A DNA stretch of 64,000 bases, taken from NCBI GenBank assembly GCA_963677485.1, contig OY781964.1:3168001-3232000 (forward strand), given 5' to 3'. Below the pieces are notes generated by a model that was not told the DNA's origin, ran no database searches, and saw only the letters and a list, made by a program, of their open reading frames with translations. Shown here in pieces: positions 29,541-39,215 of this stretch. The translations under genes were made by a program, and so were the position numbers. Origin of the DNA: Armatimonadota bacterium. Lineage in GTDB: Bacteria; Armatimonadota; HRBIN16. Position 1 is the first letter of the stretch. Every line of letters starts with the position of its first letter.

Positions 29541-32471
29541 ATGAAACTGCAGTGGACATCTGTAGCAACTCTAGGGATCGCCCTCGCGATGCTATCAACC
29601 GGTGCATTCGGAGCCGCCAACGCACCGTCGAAAGCGAAACCCCTCGCAGCCACTACCGACCTGGAAACTGGATTTCGTAAGCCCACCTTAGCCACTGCCC
29701 CGTGGGTATACTGGCGCTGGCCTGGCAATGTGTCTGGCCCTATCACCAATGAGATGATCACCGCCGACCTTGAGGCCATGAAAGCGCAGGGGATTGGCGG
29801 TGTGATGATCGACAATGTGGGGCCAATTCAAGGGGCTCCATACTTGTCGGAAGCTTACCTGGCTTTGATCAGGCATGCCCGGATTGAGACCTTGCGGCTT
29901 GGTATAGGTTTCTACGTGCATAACTGCGCGGGATGGGCTACCAGTGGGGGCCCGTGGATAACAGCTGAAAACTCAATGAAGCAGTTGTGCTTCGCCCGGG
30001 TGGTCATCACTGGACCGCAATCCTGCACTACCAAACTGCCGGAGCCAGCATCGAATCTGGGGTTTTATCGAGACATCGCCGTGCTCGCTGTGCCAACCTC
30101 GAACCCAGCCGCCAAGCCTCTCAATTTAAGCCTCATGCTCGATTCGTCAGGCACTCTCAGGTGGGATGTTCCTGCGGGAGAATGGTCGGTGTTGCGTATC
30201 GGCTACACCACCACGGGCAGCAAGAACAGCGTAGGGGACCCGGCTGGCACAGGGTTGGAGAGCGACAAATTGAGTGCGCAGGGCATTGAAGCGCATTTCA
30301 TAGGGATCGCCCCACTGCTGCGTGCTATCGCGACGGATGATACCAACCATAAGTCATACATCGGTGCAGATAGCTGGGAGTGCGGCCCCCAAAACTGGAC
30401 CGAGTCCATTCCAGCAGAGTTCAAAGCCCGCATGGGATATGACATCATCCCCTGGATGCCTTACCTGGTCGGTCAGGCGGGAAGTGCCACTGAGCAGGGA
30501 TCCCGGTTTACCGAGGACCTTGTGGATCTGATGCAGGATATGAATCGCCGCAACTATATCGGCCGCATGACATCGCTGGCGCACGAGCAGGGGATGTTGA
30601 CGGAGTGCGAATCATCCCCTGAAGCGGCGGACGTGCCGATGGGCGAATTCTGGGCCGTCAGCCAGCCCGAAACGGTGTATGGCCCCTTTCCTACGTTCTT
30701 TAAAGATGACCCGCTTCGCTCCATCGCTATCTGTAATAATGTGGCTCCCTTGGCGCGAGGCACCGGGCACAATGTCATCGCCCAGGAGACTCTGACTTCG
30801 CGGTCTCAGAACTGGGAACGCACGCCGTCGGCACTCAAGTCTGGCATCGACTGGGCGTTGTGCGGCGGGTATAACAAGATGGTGTTCCATCTGTATGCGA
30901 TACAGGCTGATACCGAGCGTAAGCCTGGGTATATGGAACACGGCACGGCGGTGAACCGAAACCTGACCTGGTGGAATCAGGCCCATGCGTGGTTCAACTA
31001 TATCGCCCACTGCCAGTATATGCTCCGGCAAGGCGTTCACGTGTCGGATGTGTGCTACATTGGCGAATCCGATGCCGGGGAATCATGGAGGGACGGCCGC
31101 TTTCAAGAGGAGTTCCCGGCGAAATATCGCTACGATGTTGTGTTGCCTGATGGATTGACCACCCGAATGAAAGTAAAAGACGGCCATGTGGTTACCCCTG
31201 AAGGGGCCTCCTACCGGCTGATCGTGCTGCCGAACCGCACTGATATCAGCCTCACGGTGATGCGCCGGGTCAGGGAGCTGGTAAGCCAGGGAGCCGTTGT
31301 GCTGGGCAGTAAGCCTGTAAGAGCACGCGGGTTGGCAGACCATCCCAGTAGCGACATCGAGGTGCAGAAAATTGCGAAACAGCTCTGGGGTGAATCGAGC
31401 ACGCCGAAGGGAATCCATAAACTGGGCAAGGGGCGTGTGCTTTGGGGTATGTCGGTAACGGAGGCACTGGCATCGATTGGTGTGGCACGCGACTTCCGTT
31501 GTGAACCGCTTGACACTGCTGGCCCTGGCATTGACTGGGTGCATCGGCGAACCGGCGGCGCAGATATCTACTTTGTGGTGAACCGGGCGGGGCATACGGT
31601 CAACCTCGACGCCTTCTTCCGCGTTACCGGCAAAACGCCTGAGTTGTGGAACCCCGACTCGACCGAGATCGAACAGAGCGCGCTCTATGAAGTGAAGAAC
31701 GGTGAGACCAGACTGCCGTTGAGAATTAATCCTTATGAATCGCTGTTTGTGGTGTTTCGGAAGAAATCGGGTGGTCACTTTATCGACGCACAGCGTGTGG
31801 GTGCCCGCCGTGCCGAGTTCGGCCTTACAGCCAGCGATGTCGTCGCCACACCCGAAGGCGCAAGCCTGGTCACAACCGGACAAGCGGGCAGGTATCAGCT
31901 TACGACGGCGTCGGGTTCCAAGCTGATCGCCGAGGTGCCAAAGCCGGCGGAGCCCATCCACATCAACGGCCCATGGAGCGTGAGCTTCATCAATGGTCTG
32001 GGAGCCCCATCGGCCACTACCTTCAACCATTTGATATCGTGGACCGAGCATGACGACAAGGCGATCAAGTTATACTCCGGTTCTGCCGTATACTCCTGCG
32101 ATTTCAACTTACCAAAAAACTGGGCCTCGGCTGGCAGTGTTGCGGTGCTCGATCTGGGCGATCTCCGCGAGCTAGCTGATGTGACACTCGACGGGCAGTC
32201 TTTGGCCACACTGTGGCGACCGCCGTTCCGAGTAGACATCAGCAAGGCGGTGAAAACTGGGAGCAACCATCTGAAGGTGCTGGTGGTCAACACCTGGCTG
32301 AACCGGTATGTCGGTGACCGCGGTCTGCCGCCGGAGCAGCGGGTTACGGTGGAAGGGCCGGCGTGTAGTGCCTATACGGCGGCCACGCCTCTGCCCCAGT
32401 CCGGGTTGTTAGGTCCGGTCGTGATTTCCAGCGTGCCACGCGTCAAGGTTAATATGCATGAACACAAATAG
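29541..32471 (+). CDS. GH106 alpha-L-rhamnosidase-like protein
   Basis: PWVYW.W, ITADLEAM..GIGG, GW.TSGGPWI, DSWE, DVPMGEFW, LWRPPF, SGLLGPV. Confidence 0.88.
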   Translation: MKLQWTSVATLGIALAMLSTGAFGAANAPSKAKPLAATTDLETGFRKPTLATAPWVYWRWPGNVSGPITNEMITADLEAMKAQGIGGVMIDNVGPIQGAPYLSEAYLALIRHARIETLRLGIGFYVHNCAGWATSGGPWITAENSMKQLCFARVVITGPQSCTTKLPEPASNLGFYRDIAVLAVPTSNPAAKPLNLSLMLDSSGTLRWDVPAGEWSVLRIGYTTTGSKNSVGDPAGTGLESDKLSAQGIEAHFIGIAPLLRAIATDDTNHKSYIGADSWECGPQNWTESIPAEFKARMGYDIIPWMPYLVGQAGSATEQGSRFTEDLVDLMQDMNRRNYIGRMTSLAHEQGMLTECESSPEAADVPMGEFWAVSQPETVYGPFPTFFKDDPLRSIAICNNVAPLARGTGHNVIAQETLTSRSQNWERTPSALKSGIDWALCGGYNKMVFHLYAIQADTERKPGYMEHGTAVNRNLTWWNQAHAWFNYIAHCQYMLRQGVHVSDVCYIGESDAGESWRDGRFQEEFPAKYRYDVVLPDGLTTRMKVKDGHVVTPEGASYRLIVLPNRTDISLTVMRRVRELVSQGAVVLGSKPVRARGLADHPSSDIEVQKIAKQLWGESSTPKGIHKLGKGRVLWGMSVTEALASIGVARDFRCEPLDTAGPGIDWVHRRTGGADIYFVVNRAGHTVNLDAFFRVTGKTPELWNPDSTEIEQSALYEVKNGETRLPLRINPYESLFVVFRKKSGGHFIDAQRVGARRAEFGLTASDVVATPEGASLVTTGQAGRYQLTTASGSKLIAEVPKPAEPIHINGPWSVSFINGLGAPSATTFNHLISWTEHDDKAIKLYSGSAVYSCDFNLPKNWASAGSVAVLDLGDLRELADVTLDGQSLATLWRPPFRVDISKAVKTGSNHLKVLVVNTWLNRYVGDRGLPPEQRVTVEGPACSAYTAATPLPQSGLLGPVVISSVPRVKVNMHEHK

Positions 32472-32619
32472 GGTGGGTCAGAGTGGACTGTCGGCTTGGG
32501 TTTGCTTGTTCACCGGCTTCACATGGGATCACAGCGATGCCTGCCGGTGAAATAGGCTAGAATAATAACAATAAGTAAGTTATCCCCGATCAACATAGCG
32601 ACGCACACAGGAGTGTCTT

Positions 32620-34599
32620 ATGCGAACATCCGCCTTAGCCGCCCTTCTTGGTATGGCGTGCCTCACCGGCACGATAATCTCAGCACATGCCGCCGTCAGG
32701 GATATCTACCCTGATACATGGGTAGCCACCGATGGCATCGGACGCACGATGCCGAGTTATCAGCAGGCAGGCCCCGTGAAGAAGGACCAGCGGCGTGTGG
32801 TCGGGATGTTCTACATCACTTGGCATACGGATAATGTCCACCGTGAGCATCCTTACCTGTCGGATGTTGCCAAATTATACCAGGCTACGCCCGAAGCGCG
32901 TTTGGATGGCAAGAGCCCGCTGTGGAAAGATAGCGGATACCACTGGGGTGAGCCGGAGCTGGGATACTTCCTGAGCAAAGATGAGTATGTGATCCGCAAA
33001 GATATGTCCATGCTGGCCGATGCCGGCGTAGACGTGCTTGTGATGGATGTGACCAACGCGGTGCGATACTGGGATGAATGGAAAGTGCTGTTCACGGTGA
33101 TGCAGAAGATGAAGGCCGAAGGCAACAAGGTGCCTCAGTTCTGCTTCTGGGCATTCAACGGCCCATGCATCACGGTGGTGCAGGACTTATACGACAAGAT
33201 ATATAAACCGAGCAAGTATAAGAATCTTTGGTTCCACTGGGATGGCAAGCCGCTGATCTTATGGAACGGAAACCCCTCGCAGGACGCCAATGGTGCGAAC
33301 ATCCAAAATCCCAACCTCTATTACGATGCGAAAGCCAAGACAGACAAGAACCACCCGCACTACGGTGATCCCAAATACACCACGGAGTTTTTGACCGAAT
33401 ACCCCGCTGAGATCAAGCGGTTCTTTACCTCGCGCACGATGTGGTGGGGCTACCATGAGTGGGCAGGCAAACGCTTCATCGGCACAGAAGGCAACTGGTC
33501 CTTTGGCTATGACATGGGCGATAAGAAGGTCTCGGGCATGAACCCCGATGAGCTGGTATCGCGACACAACGGCAAGAAGGAAGAGGCGGCCGTCACTCCT
33601 GCACAGCATTCGCACACTCTGATCGGTAAGAGCTGGAGCCGTGAAACCGGCGAACCTGAACTGAACGACCAGGACTTGCCGATCAAGGCCTACGTGCCCT
33701 GGCTGAAGAAGACGGTGAAGAACCCCGAGGGCTATGGCATCTATTTCCAGCAGCGGTGGGACGAAGCACTCAAGGCGAACCCGCAGTTTATCTATATCAA
33801 TGACTGGAACGAATGGTCGGCCGGAAAATACCCAAATGACGCGGGGTTCATGCGACGCCAACACAGCAACTACGCCTTCATTGACCAGTACAACCCGGAG
33901 TTTAGCCGCACAGTGCAGCCGATGAAGGGTGGGTACACCGACAACTACTACATGCAGATGGCCCAGAACATCCGCAACTATAAAGGTATACGACCCATCC
34001 CCGTCAACCGCGGTATGAACACCGTGAGCATCAACGGCCGGTTTGACGACTGGGCATCGGTCAAGGTGGAATACCGTGACACCATTGGCGATGTGGTCCA
34101 CCGCGATTATCCCAGCTATGGCGAAGAACACTATGTCAACACATCGGGCCGCAATGACATCATCACCAGCAAGGCGGCGGTAGATGAGAAGAACCTCTAT
34201 TTCTACGTGCAGACCAACAAGCCCCTCACATCCTACACAGACCCCAACTGGATGCTGCTGTTCATCGATGCCGACCTGAACGCGAATACGGGCTGGTGCG
34301 GTTATGACTATGTGATCAACAAAACAGTCATTGATGGCAATACTACCACCATCAGCAAATACGCACCGGGCAGCGAGGGCTCTTGGCAGGTGGTCGGTGA
34401 GCTGAGCTACCGCCTCGACTGGGACAAGATGGAGATCGCAGTGCCCCGTGCGCTGCTGGGTCTGAAGGGCGATGCGCTGAGCTTTGACTTCAAGTGGGCC
34501 GATAACCCCGCGGATTTGAAGGATGCGATCTCGCTGTGCCTCGACGGCGACACCGCCCCCAACCGCCGATTCGCCTACCGCTTCATTTGGAAGCGGTAG
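32620..34599 (+). CDS. Secreted GH99/GH71-like glycoside hydrolase (paralogue 2)
   Basis: Same motifs as 1808-3775; AGGAG RBS; signal peptide. Confidence 0.65.
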   Translation: MRTSALAALLGMACLTGTIISAHAAVRDIYPDTWVATDGIGRTMPSYQQAGPVKKDQRRVVGMFYITWHTDNVHREHPYLSDVAKLYQATPEARLDGKSPLWKDSGYHWGEPELGYFLSKDEYVIRKDMSMLADAGVDVLVMDVTNAVRYWDEWKVLFTVMQKMKAEGNKVPQFCFWAFNGPCITVVQDLYDKIYKPSKYKNLWFHWDGKPLILWNGNPSQDANGANIQNPNLYYDAKAKTDKNHPHYGDPKYTTEFLTEYPAEIKRFFTSRTMWWGYHEWAGKRFIGTEGNWSFGYDMGDKKVSGMNPDELVSRHNGKKEEAAVTPAQHSHTLIGKSWSRETGEPELNDQDLPIKAYVPWLKKTVKNPEGYGIYFQQRWDEALKANPQFIYINDWNEWSAGKYPNDAGFMRRQHSNYAFIDQYNPEFSRTVQPMKGGYTDNYYMQMAQNIRNYKGIRPIPVNRGMNTVSINGRFDDWASVKVEYRDTIGDVVHRDYPSYGEEHYVNTSGRNDIITSKAAVDEKNLYFYVQTNKPLTSYTDPNWMLLFIDADLNANTGWCGYDYVINKTVIDGNTTTISKYAPGSEGSWQVVGELSYRLDWDKMEIAVPRALLGLKGDALSFDFKWADNPADLKDAISLCLDGDTAPNRRFAYRFIWKR

Positions 34600-34645
34600 A
34601 GGGTGCTGATATGAACTTATTTCGTAACCGTGTAAGGAGTTTTCG

Positions 34646-36631
34646 ATGAGAAGAGCGATCTTGGCACTGCTGCTTGGTGTGTTTTGCGCATCCGCCAGCG
34701 TGCAGTCGGCGGAGCCAAAATTCCGCGACATCTACCCCGATACCTGGGTGGGTTCGGATGCATTAGGACGAACCATGCCAACTATCGAGCAGGTTGGTCC
34801 TGTGAAGAAGGACCAGCGCCGCGTGGTGGGCATGTACTACATCACCTGGCACCGTGATGTGAACAAGAATCTGAAGAGCCCATACGGTGGCGATGTCTCT
34901 AAAATCCTCGCGCAAGACCCCTCGGCACGGCTCGATGCGAAGAACCCGTTGTGGAAGGAGTTCAGCTACCACTGGGGTGAGCCAGAGGATGGGTATTTCC
35001 TGAGCAAGGATGAGTATGTTATCCGTAAAGACATGTCGATGCTGGCCGATGCCGGGGTGGATGTGATTATCCTGGATGTCACCAATGCGGTCGAATACTG
35101 GGACGAGTGGAGCGTGCTGCTGCCCCTGATGCAGAAGATGAAGGCGGAAGGCATCAAGGTGCCCAAGTTCTGCTTCTGGGCCTTCAACGGGCCCGTGATC
35201 ACGGTGGTGCAGGACCTGTATGAGACCATCTACAAGCCCGGCTTGTATAAGGACATGTGGTTCTATTGGGATGGTAAGCCGCTGCTTCTGTATAACAACC
35301 TGGGCGTGAATGACGTCGGCGGTAAGCTGGTCAGTCCAAACCATCATTACGATCCCAAAGCCAAAACCGACCCAAATAATCCTCACTACGGTGACCCAGA
35401 CTTCGCAGAAGAGTTCTACCAGGACTACACCAAAGAGGTGAGGAGTTTCTTCACCACGCGCACTATGTGGTGGGGCTACCATATGTGGGCAGGCAAGCGG
35501 TTCCTCGGCACCGAAGATAACTGGGCATACGGATATGAGCTGCTTGACGCCAAAAACCGTGGGATGAACCCTGACGACCTGCTCTCTACCCATAAAGGAG
35601 TTAAGGAACAGGCGGCCGTCACCGCCGCCCAACACGCCATCTGGGGTGCCGGGAAAAGCTGGTCACGCAAAACATACGATCCCAAATTGAACGACCAAGA
35701 TCTTCCGGTGCCAACCTATGTGCCGTGGCTGGGCAAGACGGTGGAGCATCCTGAGGGTTACGGCATCTATTTCCAGGAACGCTGGGATGAGGCGATCAAG
35801 TCCAAGCCGCAGTTCCTGTATGTGAATGACTGGAACGAATGGACCGCCATCAAGTTCCCGACCCCCAATGAACCGCCGTCGATCACACCGTTCTTGGGCC
35901 GTCAGAACCCGTATTTCTTTGTCGACCAGTATAACGCGGAGTTCAACCGCACCATCCAGCCCATGAAGGGTGGGTATACGGACAACTACTACATGCAGCT
36001 CGCGCAGAACGTGAGGCGGTATAAGGGCGTCCGTCCGATTCCTGTGGTGCGTGGATTGGCCACGATGAATATCGACGGTAAATATACCGACTGGAACAAA
36101 GTGAAGGTGGAGTATCGCGATACATTGGGTGATGTGGCCCATCGTGACTATCCAGGCTACGCCGGCGCGCACTATGTGAACACATCGGGCCGCAACGACA
36201 TCATGACCAGCAAGGTGGCAGTCGATGGCAAGGTTGTCTACTTCTATGCTCAGACCAGCAAACCGCTGACACCCTCTAGCGGTAAAAACTGGATGCTGCT
36301 GTTGATCGACGCTGACAAGAACCCCAAAACCGGCTGGTACGGCTACGACTACCTGGTCAACCGCAGCGTGTTAGACAAGAATAAGACCATCATCATGAAG
36401 TACAAGGGCAAGAATTGGGTGAATGTGGCCAAGCTAGATTATCGCTACTCCGGCAAATCCCTGGAGCTGGCGATACCTCGCTCGCTGCTGGGTCTGAAGG
36501 GCAACTCCCTCAGCTTCGACTTCAAATGGGCGGATAACCCGGCGGATTTGAAGGACCCCATCTCGCTATGCATCAACGGTGACACCGCGCCGAACCGGCG
36601 GTTCAATTACCGCTGCATTTGGCAGAGGTAG
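34646..36631 (+). CDS. Secreted GH99/GH71-like glycoside hydrolase (paralogue 3)
   Basis: Same motifs; AAGGAG RBS. Confidence 0.65.
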   Translation: MRRAILALLLGVFCASASVQSAEPKFRDIYPDTWVGSDALGRTMPTIEQVGPVKKDQRRVVGMYYITWHRDVNKNLKSPYGGDVSKILAQDPSARLDAKNPLWKEFSYHWGEPEDGYFLSKDEYVIRKDMSMLADAGVDVIILDVTNAVEYWDEWSVLLPLMQKMKAEGIKVPKFCFWAFNGPVITVVQDLYETIYKPGLYKDMWFYWDGKPLLLYNNLGVNDVGGKLVSPNHHYDPKAKTDPNNPHYGDPDFAEEFYQDYTKEVRSFFTTRTMWWGYHMWAGKRFLGTEDNWAYGYELLDAKNRGMNPDDLLSTHKGVKEQAAVTAAQHAIWGAGKSWSRKTYDPKLNDQDLPVPTYVPWLGKTVEHPEGYGIYFQERWDEAIKSKPQFLYVNDWNEWTAIKFPTPNEPPSITPFLGRQNPYFFVDQYNAEFNRTIQPMKGGYTDNYYMQLAQNVRRYKGVRPIPVVRGLATMNIDGKYTDWNKVKVEYRDTLGDVAHRDYPGYAGAHYVNTSGRNDIMTSKVAVDGKVVYFYAQTSKPLTPSSGKNWMLLLIDADKNPKTGWYGYDYLVNRSVLDKNKTIIMKYKGKNWVNVAKLDYRYSGKSLELAIPRSLLGLKGNSLSFDFKWADNPADLKDPISLCINGDTAPNRRFNYRCIWQR

Positions 36632-36647
36632 CATCGGGACAGCTGTC

Positions 36648-36728
36648 GTAGGTGCGTCCCTTGTGGGCGCCCTAATCGTTGTTCATTCGATAGTTAATGT
36701 TTAGGGCGCCCACAAGGGACGCCCCTAC
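36648..36728. repeat. GTAG-family REP doublet
   Basis: gtaggtgcgtcccttgtgggcgcccta ... tagggcgcccacaagggacgcccctac; inverted homologue of 6715-6797. Confidence 0.8.
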
Positions 36729-36803
36729 GACTAGTTATTAATAAGCACCTGCCAGTGCTGACACGGCAGCCCGAAGGTAAATGATATAGCCCCGGCAATT
36801 GCC

Positions 36804-36961
36804 TATGTCCGGGGCGGTCTGTCCGTAGGCTTGCGGTTGCAGAAGGCTCGAGACCGCGCCGGTCTGGCGGTTAGCCTCCCAGGTGGGGTATCGGGAACAA
36901 GACCGGCGCGGTCCGCAAACAGTGGCCTCCGCAGGCGTACTGACAGACCGCCCCGGACATA
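36804..36961. mobile_element. 158-bp MITE-like element with perfect 20-bp terminal inverted repeats
   Basis: tatgtccggggcggtctgtc ... gacagaccgccccggacata; diverged inverted copy at 62584-62733. Confidence 0.7.
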
Positions 36962-36993
36962 ACCAATCTAGTTATTAACGAGGAGAGAATCTC

Positions 36994-38973
36994 ATGCGAA
37001 ATCTATGTGTCATGGCGATAAGCCTTCTATGCTTGTCTGCAGGGGTTCTCTCTGCCGCACCCGCCGTGCGTGACATCTACCCAGATACCTGGGTGGGTAG
37101 TGATGCTCTTGGCCGGGCAATGCCCACCCAGGAGCAGACGGGTCCGCTCAAGCGGGACCATCGGCGTGATGTCGGCATCTTCTATGTCACCTGGCACACG
37201 GAAAACTTCAAGGGGCTGCCCAGCCCATACACCGGTGATGTCACGGAGATATACCGTAAGGACCCCAGTGCGCGTCTTGATGGCAATAACCCGTTGTGGC
37301 AGCATGGCATGTATCACTGGGGGAAGCCTGAGATAGGCTATTTCCTGAGCCAGGATGAATATGTGATCCGTAAAGATATGTCCATGCTGGCTGATGCGGG
37401 CGTGGATGTGGTGATACTGGATGTCACCAATGCCGTGCGCTACTGGGAAGAGTGGGAGGTGCTCCTCCCCGTGATGCAGAAGATGAAGAACGAGGGCAAC
37501 AAGGTGCCGCGGTTCTGCTTCTGGGTGTTCAATGGAGATGCCATCCGGGTAGTGCAGGAACTGTATGACCGAATCTACAAAGACGCCAGGTTTAAGGATC
37601 TATGGTACTACTGGGACGGCAAGCCGCTGTTGCTTTACAATGCCAGCCCGGCCACAGATGCCACCGGCTCCGTTCCGGTCAACAAAAACCTGTATTATGA
37701 CGCGAAGGCCAAGACCGATCCCAGCAATCCCCATTTCGGCGACCCAAAGTACACCACAGAGATACTCACCGACTACCCAGATGATATCAAGAGCTTCTTC
37801 ACCACACGCAACATGTGGTGGGGGTATTACGAGTGGGCGGGCAAGCGGTTTGTGGGCACAGAGGGGAACTGGTCGCTTGGTTATGATCTTGGTGATAAGG
37901 CCGTGCAGAAGATGAACCCGGTCGATCTGGCTGCGACCTGGAAAGGCAAACGCGAGGAGGTCGCGGTCGCACCCGGGCAGCACTCGCATACGCTCATCGG
38001 CAAGAGCTGGAGCCGTGAGCAGGGGGAGCCGGAGCTGAACGAATACGACCTGCCGACAAAGGCGTTTGTGCCATGGCTGGGCAAGACGGTGAAGAACCCT
38101 GAAAACTACGGTATATACTTCCAACAGCGGTTTGACGAGGCGTTAGCGGCCGACCCTCAGTTTATGTATATCAACGACTGGAATGAATGGACCGCAGGCA
38201 AGTGGAAGTGGGAGAGCGGATTTATGCGACGCCCCATCAGCAACTTTGTGTTCATCGACCAGTATAACACCGAGTTCAACCGCACCATCCAGCCCATGGA
38301 GGGCGGATACACCGACAACTACTACATGCAGATGGCACAGAACATCCGTAAGTATAAGGGAGCCCGTCCGGTGCCGGTGAACAGAGGTATCAGCCCGATC
38401 CGTATCAACGGCCGGTTTGACGACTGGAATGCGGTCAAGGTCGAATATCGTGACACCATCGCCGATGTGTTTCATCGCGACCATCCGGGTTATGGGGAGC
38501 CGAAAATCACCAACAACTCCGGCCGGAATGATATCATCACCAGCAAGCTGGCGGTGGATGACCAGAACCTCTATTTCTACGTGCAAACAAGCAAGACGAT
38601 GAGTCCTCATAGCGACCCGAACTGGATGTTGTTGCTGATTGATGCAGATCAGAACCCCAACACCGGCTGGTATGGATATGACTATCTCATCAATAAGCAA
38701 GTTTTGGGAGACGATGTGACGACGATCTGCCGGTATCAACCCGGCCAGCCAGAGCCGTGGCAGGTGGTGGGTGAGTTGAAATACCGTGTCTATGGCGCGA
38801 AGATGGAGCTGGCGGTGCCTCGCGCCTTGCTGGGTCTGAAGGGCAGCAGCTTCACGTTTGACTTCAAGTGGGCGGATAACCCGGCGGACCTGAAAGACCC
38901 GATCTCGCTGTGCCTCAACGGCGACACCGCCCCCAACCGACGGTTCAACTACCGCTGTATTTGGCAGAGGTAG
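36994..38973 (+). CDS. Secreted GH99/GH71-like glycoside hydrolase (paralogue 4)
   Basis: Same motifs; GAGGAG RBS. Confidence 0.65.
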   Translation: MRNLCVMAISLLCLSAGVLSAAPAVRDIYPDTWVGSDALGRAMPTQEQTGPLKRDHRRDVGIFYVTWHTENFKGLPSPYTGDVTEIYRKDPSARLDGNNPLWQHGMYHWGKPEIGYFLSQDEYVIRKDMSMLADAGVDVVILDVTNAVRYWEEWEVLLPVMQKMKNEGNKVPRFCFWVFNGDAIRVVQELYDRIYKDARFKDLWYYWDGKPLLLYNASPATDATGSVPVNKNLYYDAKAKTDPSNPHFGDPKYTTEILTDYPDDIKSFFTTRNMWWGYYEWAGKRFVGTEGNWSLGYDLGDKAVQKMNPVDLAATWKGKREEVAVAPGQHSHTLIGKSWSREQGEPELNEYDLPTKAFVPWLGKTVKNPENYGIYFQQRFDEALAADPQFMYINDWNEWTAGKWKWESGFMRRPISNFVFIDQYNTEFNRTIQPMEGGYTDNYYMQMAQNIRKYKGARPVPVNRGISPIRINGRFDDWNAVKVEYRDTIADVFHRDHPGYGEPKITNNSGRNDIITSKLAVDDQNLYFYVQTSKTMSPHSDPNWMLLLIDADQNPNTGWYGYDYLINKQVLGDDVTTICRYQPGQPEPWQVVGELKYRVYGAKMELAVPRALLGLKGSSFTFDFKWADNPADLKDPISLCLNGDTAPNRRFNYRCIWQR

Positions 38974-39215
38974 GCAAGAACAGCAATCAACCTAAGCATC
39001 GGACGGATCGCGGACGACGAAACACCGTGGTTCTGCAACCCAGCGACTACCAATGGTTTTACGAAACCGCTGAGCTGTGGGGTTGTGTGGCGCAACTTAT
39101 CACTGCAGACATGGGTTAGAATGAATACAACAGCTGGATGGAAGCGATGTTTCGCATAGTCCAACTCACGCAACCTGTGAAACCACCTGACTAGCTAACT
39201 TGTAAGGAGTTTTCG

